NCBI GenBank assembly: GCA_029907755.1
Contig: JARYLH010000001.1
Span: forward strand, 1 to 43,318
Length of the DNA stretch: 43,318 nt
Reading direction: 5' to 3'
Source of the DNA: Candidatus Methanosuratincola sp.
Lineage (GTDB): Archaea; Thermoproteota; Methanomethylicia; Methanomethylicales; Methanomethylicaceae
In this document: positions 9,326 to 15,781 of the stretch, in pieces
Numbering within the stretch: position 1 is the stretch's first letter
Layout of the letters: the number at the start of each line of letters is the position of its first letter
The notes under the pieces: model-generated
Database searches by the model: none
Seen by the model: the letters and a program-made list of their open reading frames with translations, nothing else
What the model was told of the DNA's origin: nothing
Position numbers and translations under genes: made by a program

Positions 9326-9361
9326 TTTATATAAAAGAATCAAGATAAAAAGCGGAGGTGA
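9326..9361 (+). promoter_or_regulatory. Putative TATA box (TTTATATAAAAG) and Shine-Dalgarno (GGAGGTGA) for the methyltransferase/corrinoid operon
   Basis: The AT-rich box lies about 30-40 nt upstream of ATG 9366. GGAGGTGA at 9354-9361 matches the archaeal anti-SD. Confidence 0.35.
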
Positions 9362-9365
9362 TTAT

Positions 9366-10391
9366 ATGGCCGAAATGACGCCGCGTAAACGTGCCCTTCT
9401 TTGCGTCACAGGCAACAAAAAGCGGGCGGACAGGATAAGCTGCATGGACACGCTGACCACAGCAACAGTCGAACAGATGAATGCAGTGAATGCGCCGTTC
9501 CCTGAGGCGAACAGGGATCCGCAGCTTGCTTTCAAGCTCGCAGCCGCTGCCTGGGAGGTAATAGGGCTAGAGGGTTTCAAACTGCCTTTCGACCTCTGTG
9601 TCGAAGCAGAGGCCTTCGGGTGCAAGATCAACTGGGGAAGGATAGACAGGCATCCCAGCGTAGAGACGCACGCCTTCAATGACCTGAAGGATCTCAAGAT
9701 TCCGGAGAACATTATTGAGACCGGCAGGTTTCCGCTGAAGCACAAGGTCGAGGAGATGCTCAGGAAGGAGTATGGCGACTACCTGCCCGTGATCAACCAA
9801 GTTACCGGGCCGTTCACGGTTGCCGGGCACATCTTCGGGATTGAGAAGTTCTGCATATGGACCAAGAAGAGACCGCTGGAGGAGGTCAAAGAGGCGCTAA
9901 TGCGCATATCCGAGATGAACATCGACGACTGCAAGAAGGCACTCCAGAGCGGAGCCGACATTGTCTGCATAGCAGACCCATCTGCGACCTCGGACATCCT
10001 GTCGCCACAGTTCTTCAGGGACGTGATGGTTCCAGTCTACCAGAACATGGCTAAGAAGATCGGGGCGCCCGTGGTGCTTCACATCTGTGGCAACACTTCG
10101 GCTTATCTGCCATACATTGCGGACACTGGATTCGACGCATTCTCGATTGATGCCCAAGTTGACCCCGCCTTTGCAAAGGCTATCGTGGGCGACAAGATAG
10201 CCGTAGTCGGTGGCGTACCGACGATTACTGCGCTGCTATTCGGCACGCCTCAGAAGGTCAGGGAGGCGGCGATTGATGCGATAAGGAAGGGTGTCGATGT
10301 GCTGATGCCCTCATGCGGCATCCCACCGAGGACTCCGACCGCGAACTTCAAGGCGATGGTCGAAGTAGCAAGATGCATGGTTTATGTGTGA
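9366..10391 (+). CDS. Uroporphyrinogen-decarboxylase-family methyltransferase (MtaA/MtbA-like, methylcobamide:thiol MT2 type)
   Basis: 341 aa. 'LHICGNT' (H-x-C) plus the later 'PSCGIPP' Cys match the MtaA zinc-ligand pattern. The fold pattern is UroD/MtaA-like throughout. Confidence 0.8.
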   Translation: MAEMTPRKRALLCVTGNKKRADRISCMDTLTTATVEQMNAVNAPFPEANRDPQLAFKLAAAAWEVIGLEGFKLPFDLCVEAEAFGCKINWGRIDRHPSVETHAFNDLKDLKIPENIIETGRFPLKHKVEEMLRKEYGDYLPVINQVTGPFTVAGHIFGIEKFCIWTKKRPLEEVKEALMRISEMNIDDCKKALQSGADIVCIADPSATSDILSPQFFRDVMVPVYQNMAKKIGAPVVLHICGNTSAYLPYIADTGFDAFSIDAQVDPAFAKAIVGDKIAVVGGVPTITALLFGTPQKVREAAIDAIRKGVDVLMPSCGIPPRTPTANFKAMVEVARCMVYV

Positions 10392-10401
10392 GGTGTTAGA
10401 G

Positions 10402-11076
10402 ATGGCAACTAGAGAGGAAATCATAAATGGGTTTGTAAAGGCAATAGTTGACGGGGACGAGGCAGCGGCTGCCAAGTGGGCAAACGAAGCGGTCGCGGCG
10501 AAACTAGACGCATACGAGCTCGTGACCAAGTACGGCGGCGACGCGATGAGTGTAGTTAACCAGAAGTACGAAAAGAAGGAGTACTTTGTCCCTGAGGTCC
10601 TCTGCTCCGCAAATGCGCTGAACGCGGCGGTGGAAGTGCTTACCCCCCACATGAAGGCGGACAAGACTGCTGTGCCTGCGAAAGTCGTCCTCGGAGTGGT
10701 CGAAGGAGACATCCACGACATAGGGAAGAACTTGGTCAAGATCATGCTCAGCGCTGCGGGATTCAACGTGATTGACCTAGGCAAGGACGTGCCGCTTGCG
10801 AAGTTCCTTGAGACCGCGAAGAAGAACAAGGCAGAGGTCGTCGGGATGTCTGCGCTGATGAGCACAACGATGCCAGCCATGAAGAAAGTGATCGATATGT
10901 TCACCCAAGCAGGAGCCAGGAACAAGGTCAAGATAATCGTCGGAGGCGGCCCAGTAACCGAGGAGTGGGCGCTCTCGATAGGCGCAGACGCAAGACCTCA
11001 CGACGCTTCAGCAGCAGTGGGAGTAACGAAAGATCTGGTGGCGAAGCTGAAGCAGGATCCGTCGAGTGCCTGGTAA
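10402..11076 (+). CDS. Corrinoid (cobalamin-binding) protein, MtaC/MtbC-like
   Basis: 'EGDIHDIGKN' (DxHxxG), 'MSALMSTTM' (SxL) and 'IIVGGGP' (GG) are B12-binding signatures, with a helical cap domain N-terminal to them. ATG 10402 follows GAGGTG. Confidence 0.85.
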   Translation: MATREEIINGFVKAIVDGDEAAAAKWANEAVAAKLDAYELVTKYGGDAMSVVNQKYEKKEYFVPEVLCSANALNAAVEVLTPHMKADKTAVPAKVVLGVVEGDIHDIGKNLVKIMLSAAGFNVIDLGKDVPLAKFLETAKKNKAEVVGMSALMSTTMPAMKKVIDMFTQAGARNKVKIIVGGGPVTEEWALSIGADARPHDASAAVGVTKDLVAKLKQDPSSAW

Positions 11077-11089
11077 TGGCAACTCCCCG

Positions 11090-11112
11090 TTTTCTATTTA
11101 TTTTTTCTTTTG
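11090..11112 (+). terminator. Oligo-T tract, archaeal-type terminator after the corrinoid gene
   Basis: 'GTTTTCTATTTATTTTTTCTTTTG' lies directly downstream of the stop at 11076. Confidence 0.45.
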
Positions 11113-11411
11113 TTAAATCAAACTTTTTCGCGCGGATCCCCCCACGCCACACAGACGGACACCGGGGGCGGAACGAAGGGCGCCGAGAAATCAAAAAGAA
11201 AAAGGGATTCTCTCGACCCAGTGAAAGCAATTCAGAATCTACTCTTTTACCGCATGCTTTTGTTCATTTGTAGAACGAGAATACTTATATAACATTCCTG
11301 TTAATCGATAGTTAGAACTTTTTGGTAGTGTTATTATTGAAAAAAACAAAAGTCGATAAAAGTGCTTCTCTTGGATTAGACTTGCCAGAGTTGGAGCAAA
11401 TCAGGAAGCGG

Positions 11412-11687
11412 ATGGCTAGCGATCCTTCGCTTGAGGAACGCCTGAAAAAAGATTTTCATGGCACCCTAAAGAAGGAGGGAATCAAGGTAGACAGCGCTTT
11501 TAGGAACAAGGTGATGGAGAGGCTGAACTCAAAAGTGAGGGCTGATCTGAGGGAGATCGTCACGAAGACGCCAGAAGCCAAGAACTGGTACCTCAGACGC
11601 GTTTTGGAAGGGAAGCCGTTGAAGATACATGTACGCATAGACAAGGAGACGGGCAGATGCGAGAAGTCGCTCGGGGGCGGGGGCTAA
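11412..11687 (+). CDS. Small charged, helical-looking protein ending in Gly-Gly-Gly-Gly; unknown function
   Basis: The ORF ends '...EKSLGGGG*'. Its stop TAA overlaps the ATG of the next gene (TAATG at 11685-11689). I prefer ATG 11412 over the track start TTG 11322, which lies in AT-rich promoter-like DNA. Confidence 0.5.
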   Translation: MASDPSLEERLKKDFHGTLKKEGIKVDSAFRNKVMERLNSKVRADLREIVTKTPEAKNWYLRRVLEGKPLKIHVRIDKETGRCEKSLGGGG

Positions 11688-13261
11688 TGCAGACAGGAGG
11701 ATACGACGTCGTCTTGGAGGTAAGGGAAGAGCTCCTGAATAAGTTCATGAAGGTTGGCCATTGCATAGGCGCATTCCCCGTGCTCAAGGGGACTTACACG
11801 CTCCCCATACCGAACGTGCCAGACAGCCTGAAGGAGTTCACGGTGATAGGTTACGAGGTCTCCCTTCCGAAGCCCCCGACGATCGAAGCCACGGCAGACA
11901 TGCACTTGCGGATGAATGTGAGGGGGCAGGCGAAGTTCACTGTGCTGGGGGGGATAGAGTTTGAGATCGAAGTCGAGTTCACTGTGGGGGTCTCCCCGTC
12001 ATTCGACCAAGCAACCCGCAGGCTGAAGATCGACCTATTGAGCGCGAGAGTTGACGACATCGAGCTGAACGACACTTACCACCTCCCAGCCAATGTGATA
12101 GCCAGGCTGAACGAGATACTGACGATCGCGATGCACGAGTATTTGACGGAGGACCTCACCACCCTGGATCTGAGCCCGGTCCTATTTGCCACCGAGCTAC
12201 CGAGGATGCCAGCGGGTGACGAGAACAAGCTCACCATCGGGCTGGGGAATTTCCGCATCTTGAATCCGTCTACACTCTGCGTCGCAGTCAACTTGCTCGG
12301 CTACAACGGCGGTGACATCAATTCGGTCTTGGACTTCACGGACGGGAGCCACATCGGTGTAGGCGTCAACGAGGGGGCAATGCACAGAGTATATGATTTC
12401 TGGTGGGACAGGACGACGCACCCAAAGTCGATTACTCAAACGGGTAGCCACGACTTTGACATGCCCTCGATTGTTGACTGGCTGGACGAGCTCGCCGACT
12501 GGGTGGTGGCTGCCTGCACGCTGGGGCTCGTCAGCACTGAGATAGACATTAAGCGGGTCTGGGCGGAGTTCGGAGCCACAATAAGGTTCAGCAAGTTTGA
12601 CTTCGACCTGAAGCCAGGCAATGTCGTGGAGATCGCAGGGAGCGCCTCGATCGACGCTTGGATGAGGGCGCTAGTCAAGATACAGACCACTACGTCGCTT
12701 TTCTGGGGGCTCTGGGACGTCGACACAGAGACCTACACTGGGGAGATATTCAGCCTGTCCGTCAACAATCTGGTCATCAACATAGACTCGGCCTCTGCAA
12801 AGGTTTACTTGGACGACAAGAATCAGCTTGTCGTTGACATACTTGACCTAGACATCTCGATACCGCTCGACTGGGAGATACCTGAGTTCCTGCTGAACTA
12901 TTTCGTCAACTGGCTCATAGACAGGATAGTAGAGAGCCTGCCGCCGATCGTGCTCTTCCCTGCCGTCATTGAGGAGAACCTGCCAGGAACCACGGTGAAA
13001 GTCAAGGCGACATTTACCAAGCTCCTCATCGATGAGCCGGAAGCATTGGTTGCCGCAAATATAGAGACTTCGGGCGTAGGGGCATATGCACCATACGTGG
13101 CAAACAAGTCCCCCGAGCATATGGAGATCCATAAGAAGGATTGTGAGTGGGCCCACAGGATTGCCGTCAGGAACAGGGTCTATTTCTGTGACCTTGAGGA
13201 GGCCCTTGCGAGAGGCTATGACGGGTGCAGGTATTGCATGCCCGAACACCACCACAGATAG
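11687..13261 (+). CDS. Unknown 524-aa cytosolic protein: putative tandem TULIP (BPI/LBP/CETP-like) fold with C-terminal Ada-type zinc finger
   Basis: Long ORF with good coding character and no signal peptide or TM segment. Its beta-rich amphipathic pattern resembles BPI in both halves. The C-terminus 'HKKDCEWAHRIAVRNRVYFCDLEEALARGYDGCRYCMPEHHH' fits the Ada-like H/C-C-C mini-domain. The fold assignment is by eye only. Confidence 0.55.
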   Translation: MQTGGYDVVLEVREELLNKFMKVGHCIGAFPVLKGTYTLPIPNVPDSLKEFTVIGYEVSLPKPPTIEATADMHLRMNVRGQAKFTVLGGIEFEIEVEFTVGVSPSFDQATRRLKIDLLSARVDDIELNDTYHLPANVIARLNEILTIAMHEYLTEDLTTLDLSPVLFATELPRMPAGDENKLTIGLGNFRILNPSTLCVAVNLLGYNGGDINSVLDFTDGSHIGVGVNEGAMHRVYDFWWDRTTHPKSITQTGSHDFDMPSIVDWLDELADWVVAACTLGLVSTEIDIKRVWAEFGATIRFSKFDFDLKPGNVVEIAGSASIDAWMRALVKIQTTTSLFWGLWDVDTETYTGEIFSLSVNNLVINIDSASAKVYLDDKNQLVVDILDLDISIPLDWEIPEFLLNYFVNWLIDRIVESLPPIVLFPAVIEENLPGTTVKVKATFTKLLIDEPEALVAANIETSGVGAYAPYVANKSPEHMEIHKKDCEWAHRIAVRNRVYFCDLEEALARGYDGCRYCMPEHHHR

Positions 13262-13271
13262 CAAAACGATC

Positions 13272-13284
13272 TTTTTTTTATTTT
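13272..13284 (+). terminator. Oligo-T terminator after the BPI-like gene
   Basis: 'TTTTTTTTATTTT' begins 11 nt after the stop codon. Confidence 0.5.
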
Positions 13285-13392
13285 CCGATTTAGGACTGAT
13301 CTGTCCCGAATGCAATCAAATGAATAAGCACGAGTTCGGTCATTTTGCAAAATAGATATAACGGGGTTCTGGTGAACCGAAAATCAAGACGC

Positions 13393-13400
13393 AAAAAAAA
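13393..13400 (-). terminator. T8 tract (minus strand) after the small membrane-protein gene
   Basis: An A8 run on the plus strand lies 6 nt beyond the minus-strand stop at 13406-13408. Confidence 0.45.
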
Positions 13401-13405
13401 GGATG

Positions 13406-13765
13406 CTAAATGATTGCCAAAAGCGCAAAGCCGAGCAGTGCCAACACTATGCCGATGATTATGAAGACCACGACCGTCAGGATTGCGATCAGCAATGCCT
13501 TGAGCCACCCGCAGTCAAAGAAGTGCTTGATCAGAGCCAGCCAGATAATTATCATGACTATTGTTCCGATCAGTCCCAACCCGAAGTAGCCGAATATTGT
13601 TCCCACGATAGTCCCGATCACAACGATCCAGATCGCGTCTGTGAACTTGGCCTTGTCTTTGCCGACACGCCACCTACCTACGAGCCAGAGCACCGGAGAC
13701 AGAATGATTACGCTGACGATTAGGTTTATTATGACAGAAACGAAGTCTACCATTTTTATACCCAT
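13406..13765 (-). CDS. Small integral membrane protein (about 4 TM helices), unknown function
   Basis: 119 aa, almost entirely hydrophobic helices ('VIINLIVSVIILSPVLWLV', 'IWIVVIGTIVGTIFGYFGLGLIGTIVMIIIWLAL', 'ALLIAILTVVVFIIIGIVLALLGFALLAI'). Alternative start ATG 13753. Confidence 0.65.
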   Translation of the reverse strand: MGIKMVDFVSVIINLIVSVIILSPVLWLVGRWRVGKDKAKFTDAIWIVVIGTIVGTIFGYFGLGLIGTIVMIIIWLALIKHFFDCGWLKALLIAILTVVVFIIIGIVLALLGFALLAII

Positions 13766-14146
13766 TCATTAGTACTTCATACTTCTATTTTACTTTTCGT
13801 TTTGACCGATTATTCTTTGAATGAAATCGAGCCTAAAATCCAAAATTGTGTTCTCATAATTTGCTGTCTGATGAACCTTCATAAGTGAAGCAGGTGCTAG
13901 GGAACCAGTTGAGAATGCTCCTTGCGACCATGCCAGCCTCTGTCCAAGCTGCCGATACAACCGCGCAGGGAACGACACACTCAGGACCTAGCTTCGAGGA
14001 AGCTATGACATAAATAGGGTTCTTCAGGATGGGTTGGGCCAAGTCCTTTACGCTGATTTCGCCGAGGGACTCCCCGTACGCCTTAACTCTTGGGCAAGTC
14101 GTGTTGAGGCTTATTTTTATCGAAGATCCTTGGAAAAAAGGAGTGT

Positions 14147-14971
14147 TTAGAATGGTGCAAATATGCCAATGAAAACCAGCCAAGCCAAGATTGTTTTCGC
14201 CACGAGGCTCAATAAAATGTAGACCCTCTCGCCATGGAGATAGTCTTTCCACTTGCCGATCCCCTTGTACTGTAGGAGCATGTTGATCGAGAATGTGTTG
14301 AACATTATGAAATAAAGGACGAGAGCCAAGTAGACGAATGTCGGGGGGCTTGTGCCAGTTGAATTCAGAGCGGCTACAAAGTAAGCCGCCATGACCACCC
14401 ACGGAGTGAACCCAGAGATGCAGCCCAACAAATAGGGAGACCAATCGATCTTCTTCGTATACTGGTTGATCTTCTCCATCAGGTAACCGAACATTATCAT
14501 CATCGCATTCAGTACGAAGATCATGACGAGGGACCACAGATCCCAGACCCCGACAAACGTAGCCAAGATCACGAGCATGATCGAGCTTGAGAACGCGTAC
14601 TCATACCAGCGGTAAGGGTTCATCCCTCTTTTCAGGTACTCTGTGTATTGCCTGGTCCTTGCGAATGCGATAATCATGTGTGTGGCTGCCGAGATCAGAA
14701 GGAAAGATGCCAGTATCACTCCCAGATACGTGATTGTGAAGGCGACCTGAGGATTTGGAACAACCTGGAAGACAGGAGGGGCAGACGGAATCACTTCGAA
14801 CTTGAGGTAGAAGGTGTAAATGTCCCGTTCCCATGCTAAGAGGGTGCCCAAGGCCAGCATGATAATTCCTTGCACCAAGTGGAGTGCGCCCGCAGCGATG
14901 TTCAGCTTCCTGAGGCTTCCCATGGTTATGGGGGATCTTGCGATCAGCTCTCTCCTCAAATCATTGTCCAT
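14147..14971 (-). CDS. Heliorhodopsin (7-TM retinal protein, inverted topology family)
   Basis: 274 aa. There is block-by-block similarity to heliorhodopsin 48C12 as I recall it. 'LHLVQ' matches 'FHLLQ'. 'NPYRWYEYAFSSSIMLVILA' matches 'NIFRWVEYSLSSSVMIVLIA' (counterion Glu). 'LQYKGIGKWKDYLHGERVYILLSLVAKTILAW' matches 'LQYKGKGKWSNYLRGERAYIVLSLVAKSALAW' (Schiff-base Lys). GGAG lies 9 nt upstream of the ATG. Confidence 0.9.
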   Translation of the reverse strand: MDNDLRRELIARSPITMGSLRKLNIAAGALHLVQGIIMLALGTLLAWERDIYTFYLKFEVIPSAPPVFQVVPNPQVAFTITYLGVILASFLLISAATHMIIAFARTRQYTEYLKRGMNPYRWYEYAFSSSIMLVILATFVGVWDLWSLVMIFVLNAMMIMFGYLMEKINQYTKKIDWSPYLLGCISGFTPWVVMAAYFVAALNSTGTSPPTFVYLALVLYFIMFNTFSINMLLQYKGIGKWKDYLHGERVYILLSLVAKTILAWLVFIGIFAPF

Positions 14972-15003
14972 AGATAATTCTCCTGCACATAGAAGCTCAT
15001 TCG

Positions 15004-15015
15004 CATTTAATAAAG
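15004..15015 (-). promoter_or_regulatory. Putative TATA box for the heliorhodopsin gene (minus strand CTTTATTAAATG)
   Basis: AT-rich box about 35-45 nt upstream of ATG 14971. Confidence 0.35.
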
Positions 15016-15043
15016 TTTTACAATTATTTCTTCATTTTTAAAT

Positions 15044-15076
15044 AATTATTCTGAAAAAGCATAATTCAGAACAATT
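15044..15076. promoter_or_regulatory. Inverted repeat AATTATTCTGAA-N9-TTCAGAACAATT (12 bp arms, 1 mismatch; perfect 7-bp core)
   Basis: Read directly. It lies about 30 nt upstream of the putative heliorhodopsin TATA box, in the 336-bp divergent intergenic region. Confidence 0.35.
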
Positions 15077-15307
15077 TGGAGAAACTATAGAAGTCCCGCT
15101 GTCGGATATTAGACATGAGTTGGCAAAAACCCGGTTTGAGCGCTGACTGAATTGATGGGCGGATTTCCCCTCATCCTGCTAAAATGCGGTTGGTTCTGTC
15201 ATGGTAAGGTGCCTTTGTGACTTCTCTTGCAGTAACTGGACTTGAGAGTATCATAAGATTTATTTACTTATTCCATTTACTCAAAAACAAGCGGATGGTA
15301 GAGACTG

Positions 15308-15703
15308 ATGTCAACGAAACCTGTTGAAATTGGCTCCCTGAAAGAGGGCAGCTTCGTGGTCATAGACGGTGTGCCCTGTAGGGTCGTCTCAATGGAGAAG
15401 TCGAAGACCGGAAAGCACGGCTCAGCGAAAGGCAGGGTTGTTGCGGTCGGCATCTTTGATGGCATTAAGAGAAACATCGTTGCACCTGCAGACCAGAGGG
15501 TAGACGTGCCGATAGTGGAGAAGAGGGCTGCCCAAGTCATCTCAATCACGCCAGACTCGGTTCAGCTGATGGATCTGGAGAGCTATGAGACGTTTGAGGT
15601 AAAGAAGCCGAAAGACGAGGAGGTAATGGCGAAGATAGCCCCAGGTGCTGAGGTCGAGTACTGGGACATACTGAATGAGAAACATATAATGAGGGTAAAG
15701 TAA
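15308..15703 (+). CDS. eif5a: Translation initiation factor 5A (aIF-5A)
   Basis: Hypusine-site motif '[13 protein letters not shown]'. 131 aa. Confidence 0.95.
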   Translation: MSTKPVEIGSLKEGSFVVIDGVPCRVVSMEKSKTGKHGSAKGRVVAVGIFDGIKRNIVAPADQRVDVPIVEKRAAQVISITPDSVQLMDLESYETFEVKKPKDEEVMAKIAPGAEVEYWDILNEKHIMRVK

Positions 15704-15781
15704 AACCTGTTCTTTTTTCCGACTCCCAAAGCATTTTAGGGAACTACGCTAATTCATCACCTGTAAAGCAAGGTGTGCCAG

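Noticed and set aside
10311-10931. 206-aa minus-strand ORF across the mtaA-like/corrinoid junction
   Set aside because: It is antisense to two genes with strong motif support. Its Ser/Ala/Thr-rich sequence is typical of shadow frames.
9366-11076. In-frame amber (pyrrolysine) codon in the methyltransferase genes
   Set aside because: Both ORFs are uninterrupted. The UroD-family and corrinoid proteins are not the Pyl-containing MT1 class.
13854-14537. 227-aa minus-strand ORF in the track
   Set aside because: Two thirds of it overlaps the clearly real heliorhodopsin gene in another frame. Only the part downstream of the HeR stop (13854-14146) could be meaningful, and that is reported separately as a low-confidence observation.
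15075-15300. Short ORFs (11 and 21 codons) and possible tRNA/sRNA in the HeR-aIF5A spacer
   Set aside because: The ORFs are too short and lack an SD. No tRNA or C/D-box signatures were found. The region is retained only as promoter/regulatory space.
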